64,000 nt of DNA from Lachnospiraceae bacterium (GTDB taxonomy: Bacteria > Bacillota > Clostridia > Lachnospirales > Lachnospiraceae). Below the pieces are notes generated by a model that did not search any database, had not been told where the DNA came from, and worked only from the letters and a program-made list of their open reading frames with translations. Below, piece after piece: positions 49,866 through 57,877 of the stretch. The stretch spans positions 8,343-72,342 of the forward strand of contig JAJQBS010000086.1 of NCBI GenBank assembly GCA_021203145.1. The letters are read 5' to 3'. The number at the start of each line of letters is the position of its first letter. Within the stretch, counting starts at the first letter, position 1. A program made the translations under genes and the position numbers.

Positions 49866-50872
49866 GCCAGAATCTCTTTGTAATCCTTCAGATTCTTTTC
49901 CAGCAGTGTCGGCGTGTCCAGGTGATAAGGGCATTTCGACTTACACTGATTGCAGTGCAGGCATTCCTCGATTTTCATCATCTTCGTCTGCATTTCGGGC
50001 GTCAGCTGCGCGTCAGAGGGCGCCCGGCGGATCATCAGAGACATCCTTGCGCAGTTGTTGATCTCAATTCCGGCGGGACATGGCATACAATACCCGTAGC
50101 CCCGGCAGAATTCTCCCATCAGCTCCTGGCGGTCTTTTTCAATCAGAGCGCGAATATTCTCCGTCATTACCGGAGGACAGACTATGTAAGAGAGGAACTC
50201 CTCCAGCTCGCTCATCCGCTGTACACCCCAGATCGGGAGCACATTGTCAAACTGCGACTCAAACGCATAGGCCGCCGCGGAATTCGTAATCAGGCCGCCG
50301 GAGAGCGCCTTCATCGCAATAAAGCCCATATCCTGCTCCTTACAATCAGCCACCAGTTTTTCGTCCTCCTCGGTCGCCAGATAGCAGAACGGAAACTGAA
50401 GCGTCTCATACAGGCCGGACGCAACGGCCTCTCGCGCCACATTCTGCCGATGGTTTGTGATGCCGATATGCCGGATTTTCCCCTGCTCTTTCGCCTCCAG
50501 CATGCACTCATAGACACCGCTCTCATCGCCAGGCTTCGGGCAGAAGGACGGGTTGTGAAACTGATAAATGTCCAGATAATCCGTTTTCAGATTTGTCAGA
50601 GTCGTTTCCAGATCCTTCCAGAAATTCTCCGGCGTCACCGCTGCTGTCTTTGATGAAATATACACTTTTTCACGCACATCCGCAAGTGCCAGCCCCAGCT
50701 TGTGCTCGCTGTCCGTATAAAAACGCGCCGTATCGAAAAATGTCACGCCGTTTTCATATGCCCTGCGGATAATTTTTACCGCATCCTCATCACTGACCCG
50801 CTGGACCGGCAGTGCGCCGAATCCGTTTTTATTTGTCACAATCTCTGTCTTTCCAAGTCTTACTGTGTCCAT
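49850..50872 (-). CDS. Aldo/keto reductase with Fe-S domain (second copy)
   Basis: MDTVRLGKT, FDTARFY, CRGYGYCMPCP (first Cys pair altered), CLHCNQCKSKCP. Confidence 0.88.
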   Translation of the reverse strand: MDTVRLGKTEIVTNKNGFGALPVQRVSDEDAVKIIRRAYENGVTFFDTARFYTDSEHKLGLALADVREKVYISSKTAAVTPENFWKDLETTLTNLKTDYLDIYQFHNPSFCPKPGDESGVYECMLEAKEQGKIRHIGITNHRQNVAREAVASGLYETLQFPFCYLATEEDEKLVADCKEQDMGFIAMKALSGGLITNSAAAYAFESQFDNVLPIWGVQRMSELEEFLSYIVCPPVMTENIRALIEKDRQELMGEFCRGYGYCMPCPAGIEINNCARMSLMIRRAPSDAQLTPEMQTKMMKIEECLHCNQCKSKCPYHLDTPTLLEKNLKDYKEILAGKAY

Positions 50873-50918
50873 CCTTCTCCTCCTTCGTCTCTTTGACCAA
50901 ATGAATGTCTCCGCCTGA

Positions 50919-52128
50919 CTAATTTCCCCGCTCCGCCACAAATGGCTTCAGCTCCTTATACAGCTTCTGGTCATGACCGGCCTGTTGATATTTCTTTTTC
51001 AGATTTAACCTCGGCCTTTCTCCCCTTTGCCGTTGTATCAGGTATCTTCCCAACAACACGAAGGGCACAGCCGGCATCAAAACCGCATGCTTCTCGCACG
51101 GGGGCCAATGCTCCCTGCAGGCACTCCCCAACACCTTGATAAAGCTGGTAACTCTATTCGAAGAATATGGATCATTAAATAACCGTTCCCCGTATTTTTC
51201 AACCTTTCTCCCAAAGTTTCCTTCTTTCAGTATCTGGTCTATCACTTTTTGCGCCGTTTCACTGTCATACCGCATCGCCCAGGGCGCATTTTCTTCCGGC
51301 AGCCGCAGGTAATCCACACAGGCTCTTGTCATAAGTCCTGTGAAGGTAAGCAGGCCAAACGCCGAAAGCTGCGGCTGCAGCTTTGCCCACAGGGTGTCAT
51401 CCATCTTTTTTTTCTACAAACACCGCCCAGTCACAAAGCTGCCGCAATCCCAGGCCGCTGGTCGTAAAGTGTTCCAGCTTGTGCAGAATCAAAATAATGG
51501 CCTGATGCTCATCCGACGGAACCGGCAGGCCGTCCATAAACTGCCGTCTGTCGATTGCATCGCTAAAATAATTTCTAATTCTCCCCAGAATTTCAGAGTT
51601 ACCATCAAGGAACAATCCGTTCGGTTCTTTATGAACCTCCACAGCAATCTCGTCCTTGTGCAACGTCATATGACAATGGTGTTTTTCGTCCAGAACATCG
51701 CCATAACCGTTAGCCTGGAGGGCTTTCACGGCCTCCATCTGCTGCTCCGGCCTTACAAGCAAGTCGATGTCGCCCATAATGCGCAGAGACGGTTGTGGAT
51801 AATTGGCAGCTGATGAACTGCCTTTCAGTATCACGCAGGGAATGGACGCCGCAGTAAGGAGCTGTATCACCTGCTCCTGCTCATACAGGAGCTGCTCATT
51901 GTTCATGATATGCCGGAACGAATCCTGCTCCCAGCGAATCCCCACATCATCAGGGACGGAGCCCCGTTCCTCATCAGAAAGCGTATCCCAGATCAGAAGC
52001 GAAAGCGCCTGATTTGACGCCTCATGATAAAGAGCGGACCAGTCCACAGCGGATGGTTCAAAATCCGCAGGTGTGCCAAATAAAGCCCTGCCCGTAAGCT
52101 GTAATAAGGCCTTTTCTGTTTTGTTCAT
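50919..52128 (-). pseudogene. Nucleotidyltransferase (NTP_transf_5 type) split by a +1 frameshift in an A8 run
   Basis: ILKGSS..YPQPSLRIMGDIDLLV, EVH, GLRQLCDW; 8 T on the + strand at 51406-51413; removing one base joins ...VEKK-MDDTLW into a single ORF. Confidence 0.8.
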
Positions 52129-52213
52129 TCGGATGCACCTCCCTTACGCAACGCATATAATACCGATCACCCTTAAGCCCTTAACCCATAAGTTTCTAAC
52201 CCTTAAGCTCCAT

Positions 52214-54529
52214 CTATACATCCTGCATGCCTCCATTTTGTTCCCCGACCGGATTTTTTCCTTCTTTGCCCTGTATCATTTCCTCAACCGGATTTTTTCC
52301 TTCTTTATCCTGTATCATTTCCTCAACCGGATTTTTTCCTTCTTTGCCCTGTATCATTTCCTCAACCGTAATCTCTGAGTGTTCAAAGACCAGTCTCTTG
52401 CCGCAGATCTCCATCGCCGCCGGTCTGTGGGTCACGATCAGCACCGTCCGGCCGCCCATTTCTTTCAGGTTCTTCAGCAGCCTGTGCTCCGTATCCTCAT
52501 CCAGTGCGGATGTCGCTTCGTCCAGTAGAAGGACAGGAACGTTCCGGTACACAGCCCGCGCTATCGCTATTCTCTGCATCTGTCCCTCAGACAGGCCGGC
52601 TCCCTTTTCGCCGAGAACCGTATGATAGCCGTTCGGCAGCTCTCTGATAAACTCATCCGCGCAGGCAATTTTGCAGGCCTGCTCCACCTTTGTCTTCTGC
52701 TCCTTCGTATATGGGGCGGAGTGCAGAAAGTCCACAGCCTCATAAATACTGCCGGACATCAGCATATTCCCCTGAGGAACATAGGAGAACCATCTTCTTG
52801 TTGCAGGGGATATCTCTATCCCGCCATTCGCATACAGTCTGCCGGACACAGGTGAATATATGCCAAGCAGGATTTTCAGCAGCGTACTCTTGCCGATGCC
52901 GGAGATACCGGTCAGTGCGACAATATCGCCTTTTTCTATATCAAACGTCGCACCGCTGATGACTTCTTCCTCGCCGTCATCATAGATGAATGTCAGGTTT
53001 TCGGCATGGATTCCTGTGAAGTCAGGCAGTTCTTTTGAGGCTCGTTCCTTCGGCAGCTTCTCTATCTCAATCAGCCGCTCCGCGGATGCGAGCATGGAAT
53101 AATACTGCGGTACAAAACCGGAGATGTTGGCGAACGGGCTTCTGATCTGGCTGACCAGCTGCAGCACAGCGGTCATCGTCCCATAGGTCAGTGTGCCGTT
53201 TAGTATGCCGAACCCGCACCAGACTAAGCCAAAGAGATAGCTGCCCTGCATCACGCCGCCGAAGCCGAGGTTGCAGATATTGGAGAAGGTTCTTCTCTTC
53301 ATACGGGCTTTCTTATGCGCTGCGGCTTTTTCCTCTGTTCTGGCTGACGCCATTTCTTCCGCTTCAAAGCCTTTCAAAATTAAAAGGCTCTCTACGGATT
53401 CCTGCAGCCAGGAGCGGAGCTTCCCGTCTGTCTCCTGTACTTCTTTATGCAGGCTTTTCATTCTGCGGCGAAAGAGGAACGTCACACCCAGCATAACAAG
53501 CCCGCCAACAAGAAAGATACTGCCAAAACGCCAGTCAAGCACCATCAGGATAACCAGTGCGCAGACAAGCTGAACCGCCATCGACGCCACACCGGGAATA
53601 ATTTCCGTCGCATAATCCGCTACAATCTTCACATCACTGGTCATGCGGTTTTGAAGCTCTCCCGTATGGTAAGCTTTCAAACCGCTGTAGGTGCCATGAA
53701 GGATGTTGTCATAGGTATGCTGTTTCAGCCTGTTTTCCAGTGAGGCTCTTGTCGACTCGTCCACCTGCCGGATCACGGCACGGAGGAGCAGCTGTATAAG
53801 TATAATTCCGAGGAATACGCCGCTCCATTGAAGGAATTCGCTCCTGTCAAGGGCGACAGCGTAATCAATCGCATTGCGCATCACAAGCGCGAGAATAACC
53901 GAAAAAAAAGCCGTAACACCCGTACATGCAGTCAACAGCAATATTCCTGCGAGACTGCCCTTCACCATTTTTGCAACCCAGCCGAGGGAGGAATCGCCGA
54001 GAATGCGTTTGCCCACAGAAACAGCGCCTGCTGTCATTTTGTGTCTGAGCAGGCGCAGGGGATAGATAAAATTCCAGAGCCAGACATACAGACAGTACCG
54101 TGTATCTGTCGTTTTGATTTCCCGTTCTCCCCACAGTCTGCCCTTCCCTCTCCAGCAGCTCTCCATCACACCTTTTACAGCGGAGAGCGGCACCCGCTCA
54201 ATAGCGAAGGTATTATCGCCGCGGATGAGACACACGTCTCCGCCAAAGCCAATTATGCGGTGGAGCACCTGGGTTCCGTCGGGTCGGACATACAGCACCA
54301 CATCATTCTTTTGAGGTCTGCCCTCCAATTTTCGAATCAGCACATGGGAGGACCAGGTATAGAGAAGCGGCCGCATACTGACACCCTTAATGGGAATCAC
54401 AATAAAGCCGGAGGCTTCCAGCTCATCCAGCTTGGTTGTCTGTGATGTTTGGTTTTGCCCTTCGCTTCGGGTCTGTGATGTTTGGTTTTGCCCTTCACTC
54501 TGGGTCTGCGACGCCTGCGTCTGTTCCAT
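52214..54529 (-). CDS. S24/S26 serine peptidase fused to an ABC exporter (TMD+NBD)
   Basis: KGVSMRPLL, DVVLY, VLHRII, RGDN; then TM domain, GISGIGKST, LSEGQMQR, LLLDEATSALD; single uninterrupted ORF. Confidence 0.88.
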   Translation of the reverse strand: MEQTQASQTQSEGQNQTSQTRSEGQNQTSQTTKLDELEASGFIVIPIKGVSMRPLLYTWSSHVLIRKLEGRPQKNDVVLYVRPDGTQVLHRIIGFGGDVCLIRGDNTFAIERVPLSAVKGVMESCWRGKGRLWGEREIKTTDTRYCLYVWLWNFIYPLRLLRHKMTAGAVSVGKRILGDSSLGWVAKMVKGSLAGILLLTACTGVTAFFSVILALVMRNAIDYAVALDRSEFLQWSGVFLGIILIQLLLRAVIRQVDESTRASLENRLKQHTYDNILHGTYSGLKAYHTGELQNRMTSDVKIVADYATEIIPGVASMAVQLVCALVILMVLDWRFGSIFLVGGLVMLGVTFLFRRRMKSLHKEVQETDGKLRSWLQESVESLLILKGFEAEEMASARTEEKAAAHKKARMKRRTFSNICNLGFGGVMQGSYLFGLVWCGFGILNGTLTYGTMTAVLQLVSQIRSPFANISGFVPQYYSMLASAERLIEIEKLPKERASKELPDFTGIHAENLTFIYDDGEEEVISGATFDIEKGDIVALTGISGIGKSTLLKILLGIYSPVSGRLYANGGIEISPATRRWFSYVPQGNMLMSGSIYEAVDFLHSAPYTKEQKTKVEQACKIACADEFIRELPNGYHTVLGEKGAGLSEGQMQRIAIARAVYRNVPVLLLDEATSALDEDTEHRLLKNLKEMGGRTVLIVTHRPAAMEICGKRLVFEHSEITVEEMIQGKEGKNPVEEMIQDKEGKNPVEEMIQGKEGKNPVGEQNGGMQDV
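52248..52368. repeat. 3 x 39-bp coding tandem repeat (EEMIQ(G/D)KEGKNPV)
   Basis: Units start at 52248, 52287 and 52326. Confidence 0.92.
54438..54512. repeat. 2+ copies of a 33-bp coding repeat (QT(Q/R)SEGQNQTS)
   Basis: Units start at 54438 and 54471, with a partial unit at 54504. Confidence 0.85.
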
Positions 54530-54570
54530 GCCGCCGTCCCCTCCTTTCTCCTCCGACTGTTCCAGGCCGT

Positions 54571-54849
54571 CTATTCCGTCAAAAACCCTGCGTCCGCCAT
54601 TTCCTTTATCATCGACTTCACATCGTCGGCGATATATGCACGGTCTTCCCCGGTCTTTGCGCCGCTCTTTTCCGCAAGTATATTCACAATTTCCTCTTCG
54701 GTCCTGCCGTCGGCAATGCCCTCCCAGATAATTTTGCCGGTCTCATTGAGCTTGACCATACCGTGAAACTCACGGCTGGCCTGTCCTGTGGCAACCACCA
54801 CATACTTGCCTGCCACCTTGCGGATAACAAATCCTTTTTTAACCTTCAT
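54571..54849 (-). CDS. PqqD-family RiPP recognition element (RRE)
   Basis: MKVKKGFVIRKVAGKYVVV...LNETGKIIWE...DVKSMIKEMADAGFL; GGGAGG RBS (alternative ATG at 54855). Confidence 0.92.
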   Translation of the reverse strand: MKVKKGFVIRKVAGKYVVVATGQASREFHGMVKLNETGKIIWEGIADGRTEEEIVNILAEKSGAKTGEDRAYIADDVKSMIKEMADAGFLTE

Positions 54850-54952
54850 TTCCATATTCCTCCCGTTTCGTTTTATTGTCCCGGCATGCGCCAGAGTTTA
54901 TTAAATTCTATATTGAAAATATCCATTCCGCTTCCTCTCGCTTTTCATCTTT

Positions 54953-54971
54953 ATTATATCAGTTCACTGAT
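54953..54971 (-). promoter_or_regulatory. Extended -10 promoter with palindrome upstream of the RRE operon
   Basis: TGaTATAAT (54961-54953); ATCAGT-TC-ACTGAT (54958-54971). Confidence 0.5.
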
Positions 54972-55035
54972 GTAATTTCCATATCGTTTTAGAATTTTGA
55001 GTGAAGCTGTCTCACACCGGCTGTCTGTACTGTAG

Positions 55036-55073
55036 AAATCCCCTGCAACCAGCCTAAACCGGCTACAGGGGAT
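55036..55073 (-). terminator. Terminator after the peptide array (duplicate of 57674-57710)
   Basis: ATCCCCTGTAGCCGG-loop-CTGGTTGCAGGGGAT, G-U pairs valid on the minus strand. Confidence 0.75.
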
Positions 55074-55077
55074 CGTC

Positions 55078-55226
55078 TCAGTTCCTAATTACTTGGTTTT
55101 TCATGTTGTCTACTTCTGGATTAATATTTTCTGTTCCTCTTTGGTCATCATAATTTGACTAGCATACCACCGATACGAGCTGATCTTTTCCCCAAATAAA
55201 ACTACTCACCTCTTGTGCTTCTGACA
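55078..55226 (-). pseudogene. Decayed tenth peptide gene of the array
   Basis: No ATG; reads CQKHKR*VVLFGEK, then in another frame YDDQRGTENINPEVDN, matching the leader and the C-terminal xxxPEVxD pattern. Confidence 0.55.
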
Positions 55227-55231
55227 CCTCA

Positions 55232-55357
55232 TCACTCGTCGTCCTCTAAGACTGGAAGATCAGGGCCTTCAACCGCTCCTTCGCCTAAATTTTCACGCGC
55301 TACAACAAAAACGTTCGTCTCATACCGAATGATTTCCAATTCAAGTTTTTCATACAT
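55232..55357 (-). CDS. Array peptide I, 41 aa: MYEKLELEIIRYETNVFVVARENLGEGAVEGPDLPVLEDDE
   Basis: AGGAG RBS; family leader. Confidence 0.85.
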   Translation of the reverse strand: MYEKLELEIIRYETNVFVVARENLGEGAVEGPDLPVLEDDE

Positions 55358-55373
55358 AATGATTTGTCTCCTA

Positions 55374-55496
55374 TCAGTCATCGTCCGGCAAAACTGGCTC
55401 AGGATCTGTTGAGGTTCCACTTTCACCTACGCCAGACACAACAGCAAAGGGCATTTTCTCATAACGGATAACTTCCAGCTCATGTTTCTGGTACAT
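55374..55496 (-). CDS. Array peptide H, 40 aa: MYQKHELEVIRYEKMPFAVVSGVGESGTSTDPEPVLPDDD
   Basis: Purine-rich RBS (GAGAG); family leader. Confidence 0.85.
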   Translation of the reverse strand: MYQKHELEVIRYEKMPFAVVSGVGESGTSTDPEPVLPDDD

Positions 55497-55548
55497 AATT
55501 GCTCGTCTCTCAACTATCTATCATCACGCAAAGCTGGCTCGAAATCTG

Positions 55549-55680
55549 TCAGCCACCCCAACTTTCTTCTTCATCTTCTTCAACTTCTTCCTCTTCTTCA
55601 ACAGACAGCTCTGGACCACTAAAAGCCCAGGCACTGTTTTCCTCAAAGCTTATAAGCTTCATCTCAAATTTTTCATACAT
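55549..55680 (-). CDS. Array peptide G, 43 aa: MYEKFEMKLISFEENSAWAFSGPELSVEEEEEVEEDEEESWGG (probably frameshifted near its end)
   Basis: AAGGAG RBS; an alternative frame continues GWLTDFEPALRDDR* to 55514. Confidence 0.8.
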   Translation of the reverse strand: MYEKFEMKLISFEENSAWAFSGPELSVEEEEEVEEDEEESWGG

Positions 55681-55698
55681 AATGTCTCCTTTTACCTT

Positions 55699-55818
55699 TC
55701 AGTCATCATCTGGAAGTACTTCCATTTCTTCACCAGATACAGTTCCCTGATCTACTCCTTCGGCAAACACAGCGGTTTCGTCGAAGCTTATAACATCTAG
55801 CTCGTGTTTCTTGTACAT
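55699..55818 (-). CDS. Array peptide F, 39 aa: MYKKHELDVISFDETAVFAEGVDQGTVSGEEMEVLPDDD
   Basis: AGGGGG RBS; family leader. Confidence 0.85.
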   Translation of the reverse strand: MYKKHELDVISFDETAVFAEGVDQGTVSGEEMEVLPDDD

Positions 55819-55831
55819 ACCGTCATACCCC

Positions 55832-55960
55832 CTATGAATCCGTCAGATCCGGCCCAATGCTGTCATAACTCCACCCAGTATCGCCGCCATCAGTATAACT
55901 GCACACTACAAAGATATTCTCTTCGTAGAGGTTAATATCCATCTCGTGCTTCTGATACAT
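55832..55960 (-). CDS. Array peptide E, 42 aa: MYQKHEMDINLYEENIFVVCSYTDGGDTGWSYDSIGPDLTDS
   Basis: AAGGGGTG RBS; family leader. Confidence 0.85.
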   Translation of the reverse strand: MYQKHEMDINLYEENIFVVCSYTDGGDTGWSYDSIGPDLTDS

Positions 55961-55973
55961 ACCTGTCACCCCT

Positions 55974-56096
55974 TTACTCAACCACATAGGAAGGGTCGTA
56001 GCTTTCTACTTCCATGTTGCTTCCGTCTTCAACAATCCATGCACATGCCTCATTCTTATCAAACAGTATTACTTCAATTTCGTGTTTTTGGTACAT
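55974..56096 (-). CDS. Array peptide D, 40 aa: MYQKHEIEVILFDKNEACAWIVEDGSNMEVESYDPSYVVE
   Basis: GAGGGGTG RBS; family leader. Confidence 0.85.
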   Translation of the reverse strand: MYQKHEIEVILFDKNEACAWIVEDGSNMEVESYDPSYVVE

Positions 56097-56110
56097 AGCC
56101 ATATCACCCC

Positions 56111-56242
56111 TCACTCGTCGCTGATATCCGGATCGACGGAATGAACGACGATTCCGCCACTCTCATCTCCGCTTACCCCAAGATCCGCAAACACACAATT
56201 TTCATCAAACAATATTATCGACATAATATGCTCTGTATACAT
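56111..56242 (-). CDS. Array peptide C, 43 aa: MYTEHIMSIILFDENCVFADLGVSGDESGGIVVHSVDPDISDE
   Basis: GGAGG RBS; family leader. Confidence 0.85.
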   Translation of the reverse strand: MYTEHIMSIILFDENCVFADLGVSGDESGGIVVHSVDPDISDE

Positions 56243-56285
56243 CTTATTGCCTCCGCATCATGAATACGCATGTTCTGTTTCCAAC

Positions 56286-56417
56286 CTATATATCGCTTAC
56301 TTCCGGTTCCACACTGAACTGATCCCACCCGGTACTTCCACCGTCTGATTTATCAGCATTTACAAACATATTCTGCTCATCAAACTCGATAACTGTCAAC
56401 TCATGTCTCTCGTACAT
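56286..56417 (-). CDS. Array peptide B, 43 aa: MYERHELTVIEFDEQNMFVNADKSDGGSTGWDQFSVEPEVSDI
   Basis: GGGGAG RBS; family leader. Confidence 0.85.
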   Translation of the reverse strand: MYERHELTVIEFDEQNMFVNADKSDGGSTGWDQFSVEPEVSDI

Positions 56418-56446
56418 ATTCGCGTCTCCCCGTATTGCGTCCAAGC

Positions 56447-56575
56447 TTATATGTCGGATGGTTCGTCCGGGATGCTGTACTGATCTTCTCCTTCTTCGCC
56501 ATCAGATGCCCAGGACATAACATAAGCATCCTCTCCGTCAAACTCTGTAACACTCATTTCGTGTGTATCATACAT
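56447..56575 (-). CDS. Array peptide A, 42 aa: MYDTHEMSVTEFDGEDAYVMSWASDGEEGEDQYSIPDEPSDI
   Basis: GGAGG RBS 8 nt upstream; family leader. Confidence 0.85.
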   Translation of the reverse strand: MYDTHEMSVTEFDGEDAYVMSWASDGEEGEDQYSIPDEPSDI

Positions 56576-56791
56576 CTCATATTCCTCCACAGCCTGAGCG
56601 ATAATATGCCTCTCTTTCCGTAACCCTCCGTATCCTCAGTTCAGGTCTATTATATATAAAGCCTTTTCCCGCAGATGTACGGCATTTGGCATAAAAACAG
56701 CACACCTTCTACCCAAAAAATGCCTGCAGCCTCCGATAAAGTCTGGCAGTTTCGAGTTATTTCGGGTATCCTTCTTGTACAGAAACCTTTC

Positions 56792-56899
56792 GTTTCTCGT
56801 ATTGTCGAATATGTCTCTGAACGCAACCTCACATATGACGTTATATCACAAGGGGCTCGGAAATACAAGATGTTTTTCTGTGAAACATTTACTAAAATT
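56792..56899 (-). promoter_or_regulatory. 108-bp promoter module driving the array (inverted duplicate of 62419-62526)
   Basis: TTGTAT-N17-TATAAC (56868-56840); 87/108 ungapped identity to the right-hand copy by hand alignment. Confidence 0.7.
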
Positions 56900-56942
56900 G
56901 TCACAGGTCTCACCCTGACCAGATTTACATTTTTTTTGCCAC

Positions 56943-57647
56943 TCACTTCATGTCATTTATTCCCCTGTACGCCACAAGAGCCGCCTCACGTGACATATTA
57001 CATTTCAAATTAAAAATCGGCACCTCACGAATCAGCCTGTCCATCAGGTCAAGCTGTTTTATCATCTGCTCAACATCCTCTGGCAGAAGTACCTGATTGA
57101 ATATCTTATCAAGAACTTTATCTGTATCTGCAAGAGCAATCTCATTTTTCGCCCCACGCTCCAACAGGCATATCGCTTTCAGCGGGACAATTTCCGCACA
57201 CCCGAGCCGTTCCTTACCGTGCCAGGGTGTGCCGCAGACATAGAATTTATCGTTCATAAGCCTAATCATCGGCTTGTCGCCATTTATTAATACTGCCCGA
57301 TTTCCAAATTCCTGCATCCAGTAATTTGCATGTGTGGATTTTCCCGTCCCGCCGGGAGCAGTGAACACATAACCCTCGCCGTCTACAGCAACAACAGCGG
57401 CATGAAGAAGAAAGGCATCGTATTGAAGCATTCCTATACTCACCTTGCGGTACAGGCAGTTGCTTTCACAGTCAGCAAAGCTAAATTCGCCCTTTAGCCT
57501 GTCGTATTCTTCCTGAACCTCTTTTTTCGTGGCAGACACAATAAAGAGAGGAGAAGCCGACACGATGTGTTCCTCACAATTCCACTGGGAAAGGGGATAC
57601 TTGTTATTTATACCGACAGGAATTCCAGCTATATTCAGCGTTGTCAC
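56943..57647 (-). CDS. HPr-kinase-like P-loop protein (ScmC/lasso-kinase-like)
   Basis: GGAGG RBS and GTG start; LLHAAVV, TAPGGTGKST, INGDKP, GTPWHGKE. Confidence 0.75.
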   Translation of the reverse strand: MTTLNIAGIPVGINNKYPLSQWNCEEHIVSASPLFIVSATKKEVQEEYDRLKGEFSFADCESNCLYRKVSIGMLQYDAFLLHAAVVAVDGEGYVFTAPGGTGKSTHANYWMQEFGNRAVLINGDKPMIRLMNDKFYVCGTPWHGKERLGCAEIVPLKAICLLERGAKNEIALADTDKVLDKIFNQVLLPEDVEQMIKQLDLMDRLIREVPIFNLKCNMSREAALVAYRGINDMK

Positions 57648-57673
57648 AATGCATCCTCCTTGCCATAAAGTAC

Positions 57674-57710
57674 AAATCCCCTGCAACCAGCCTCAAGCGG
57701 CTACAGGGGA
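57674..57710 (-). terminator. Terminator after solo peptide K
   Basis: 35/37 identical to 55036-55072; both differences lie in or beside the loop. Confidence 0.75.
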
Positions 57711-57736
57711 CAATTACTTTTCAACAGTCAGATTTT

Positions 57737-57865
57737 TTAAATCTCAACGTCAGGAATGCTGTCAGCAGACCAGTCATCGTCATCTCCTTCATTATAACTA
57801 CACACAACAGAAGCGTCCTTTTCACTAATATAAATAACTCTCATTTCGTACTTTTCATATAACAT
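57737..57865 (-). CDS. Solo family peptide K, 42 aa: MLYEKYEMRVIYISEKDASVVCSYNEGDDDDWSADSIPDVEI
   Basis: AAGGAGG RBS overlapping the surface-protein stop codon; shares VVCSY and W-S-x-D-S-I-P-D with peptide E. Confidence 0.88.
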   Translation of the reverse strand: MLYEKYEMRVIYISEKDASVVCSYNEGDDDDWSADSIPDVEI

Positions 57866-57877
57866 GCTTTTGCCTCC

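Noticed and set aside
55078-56575. Roughly 135-bp periodicity suggesting a CRISPR array
   Set aside because: No identical direct repeats; each unit is an RBS plus ORF conserved at protein level; no cas genes.
50919-57865. Classical lasso peptide cluster
   Set aside because: No asparagine-synthetase-like cyclase or transglutaminase-like B2 protease in the locus, and no YxxP leader; cannot be excluded in trans.
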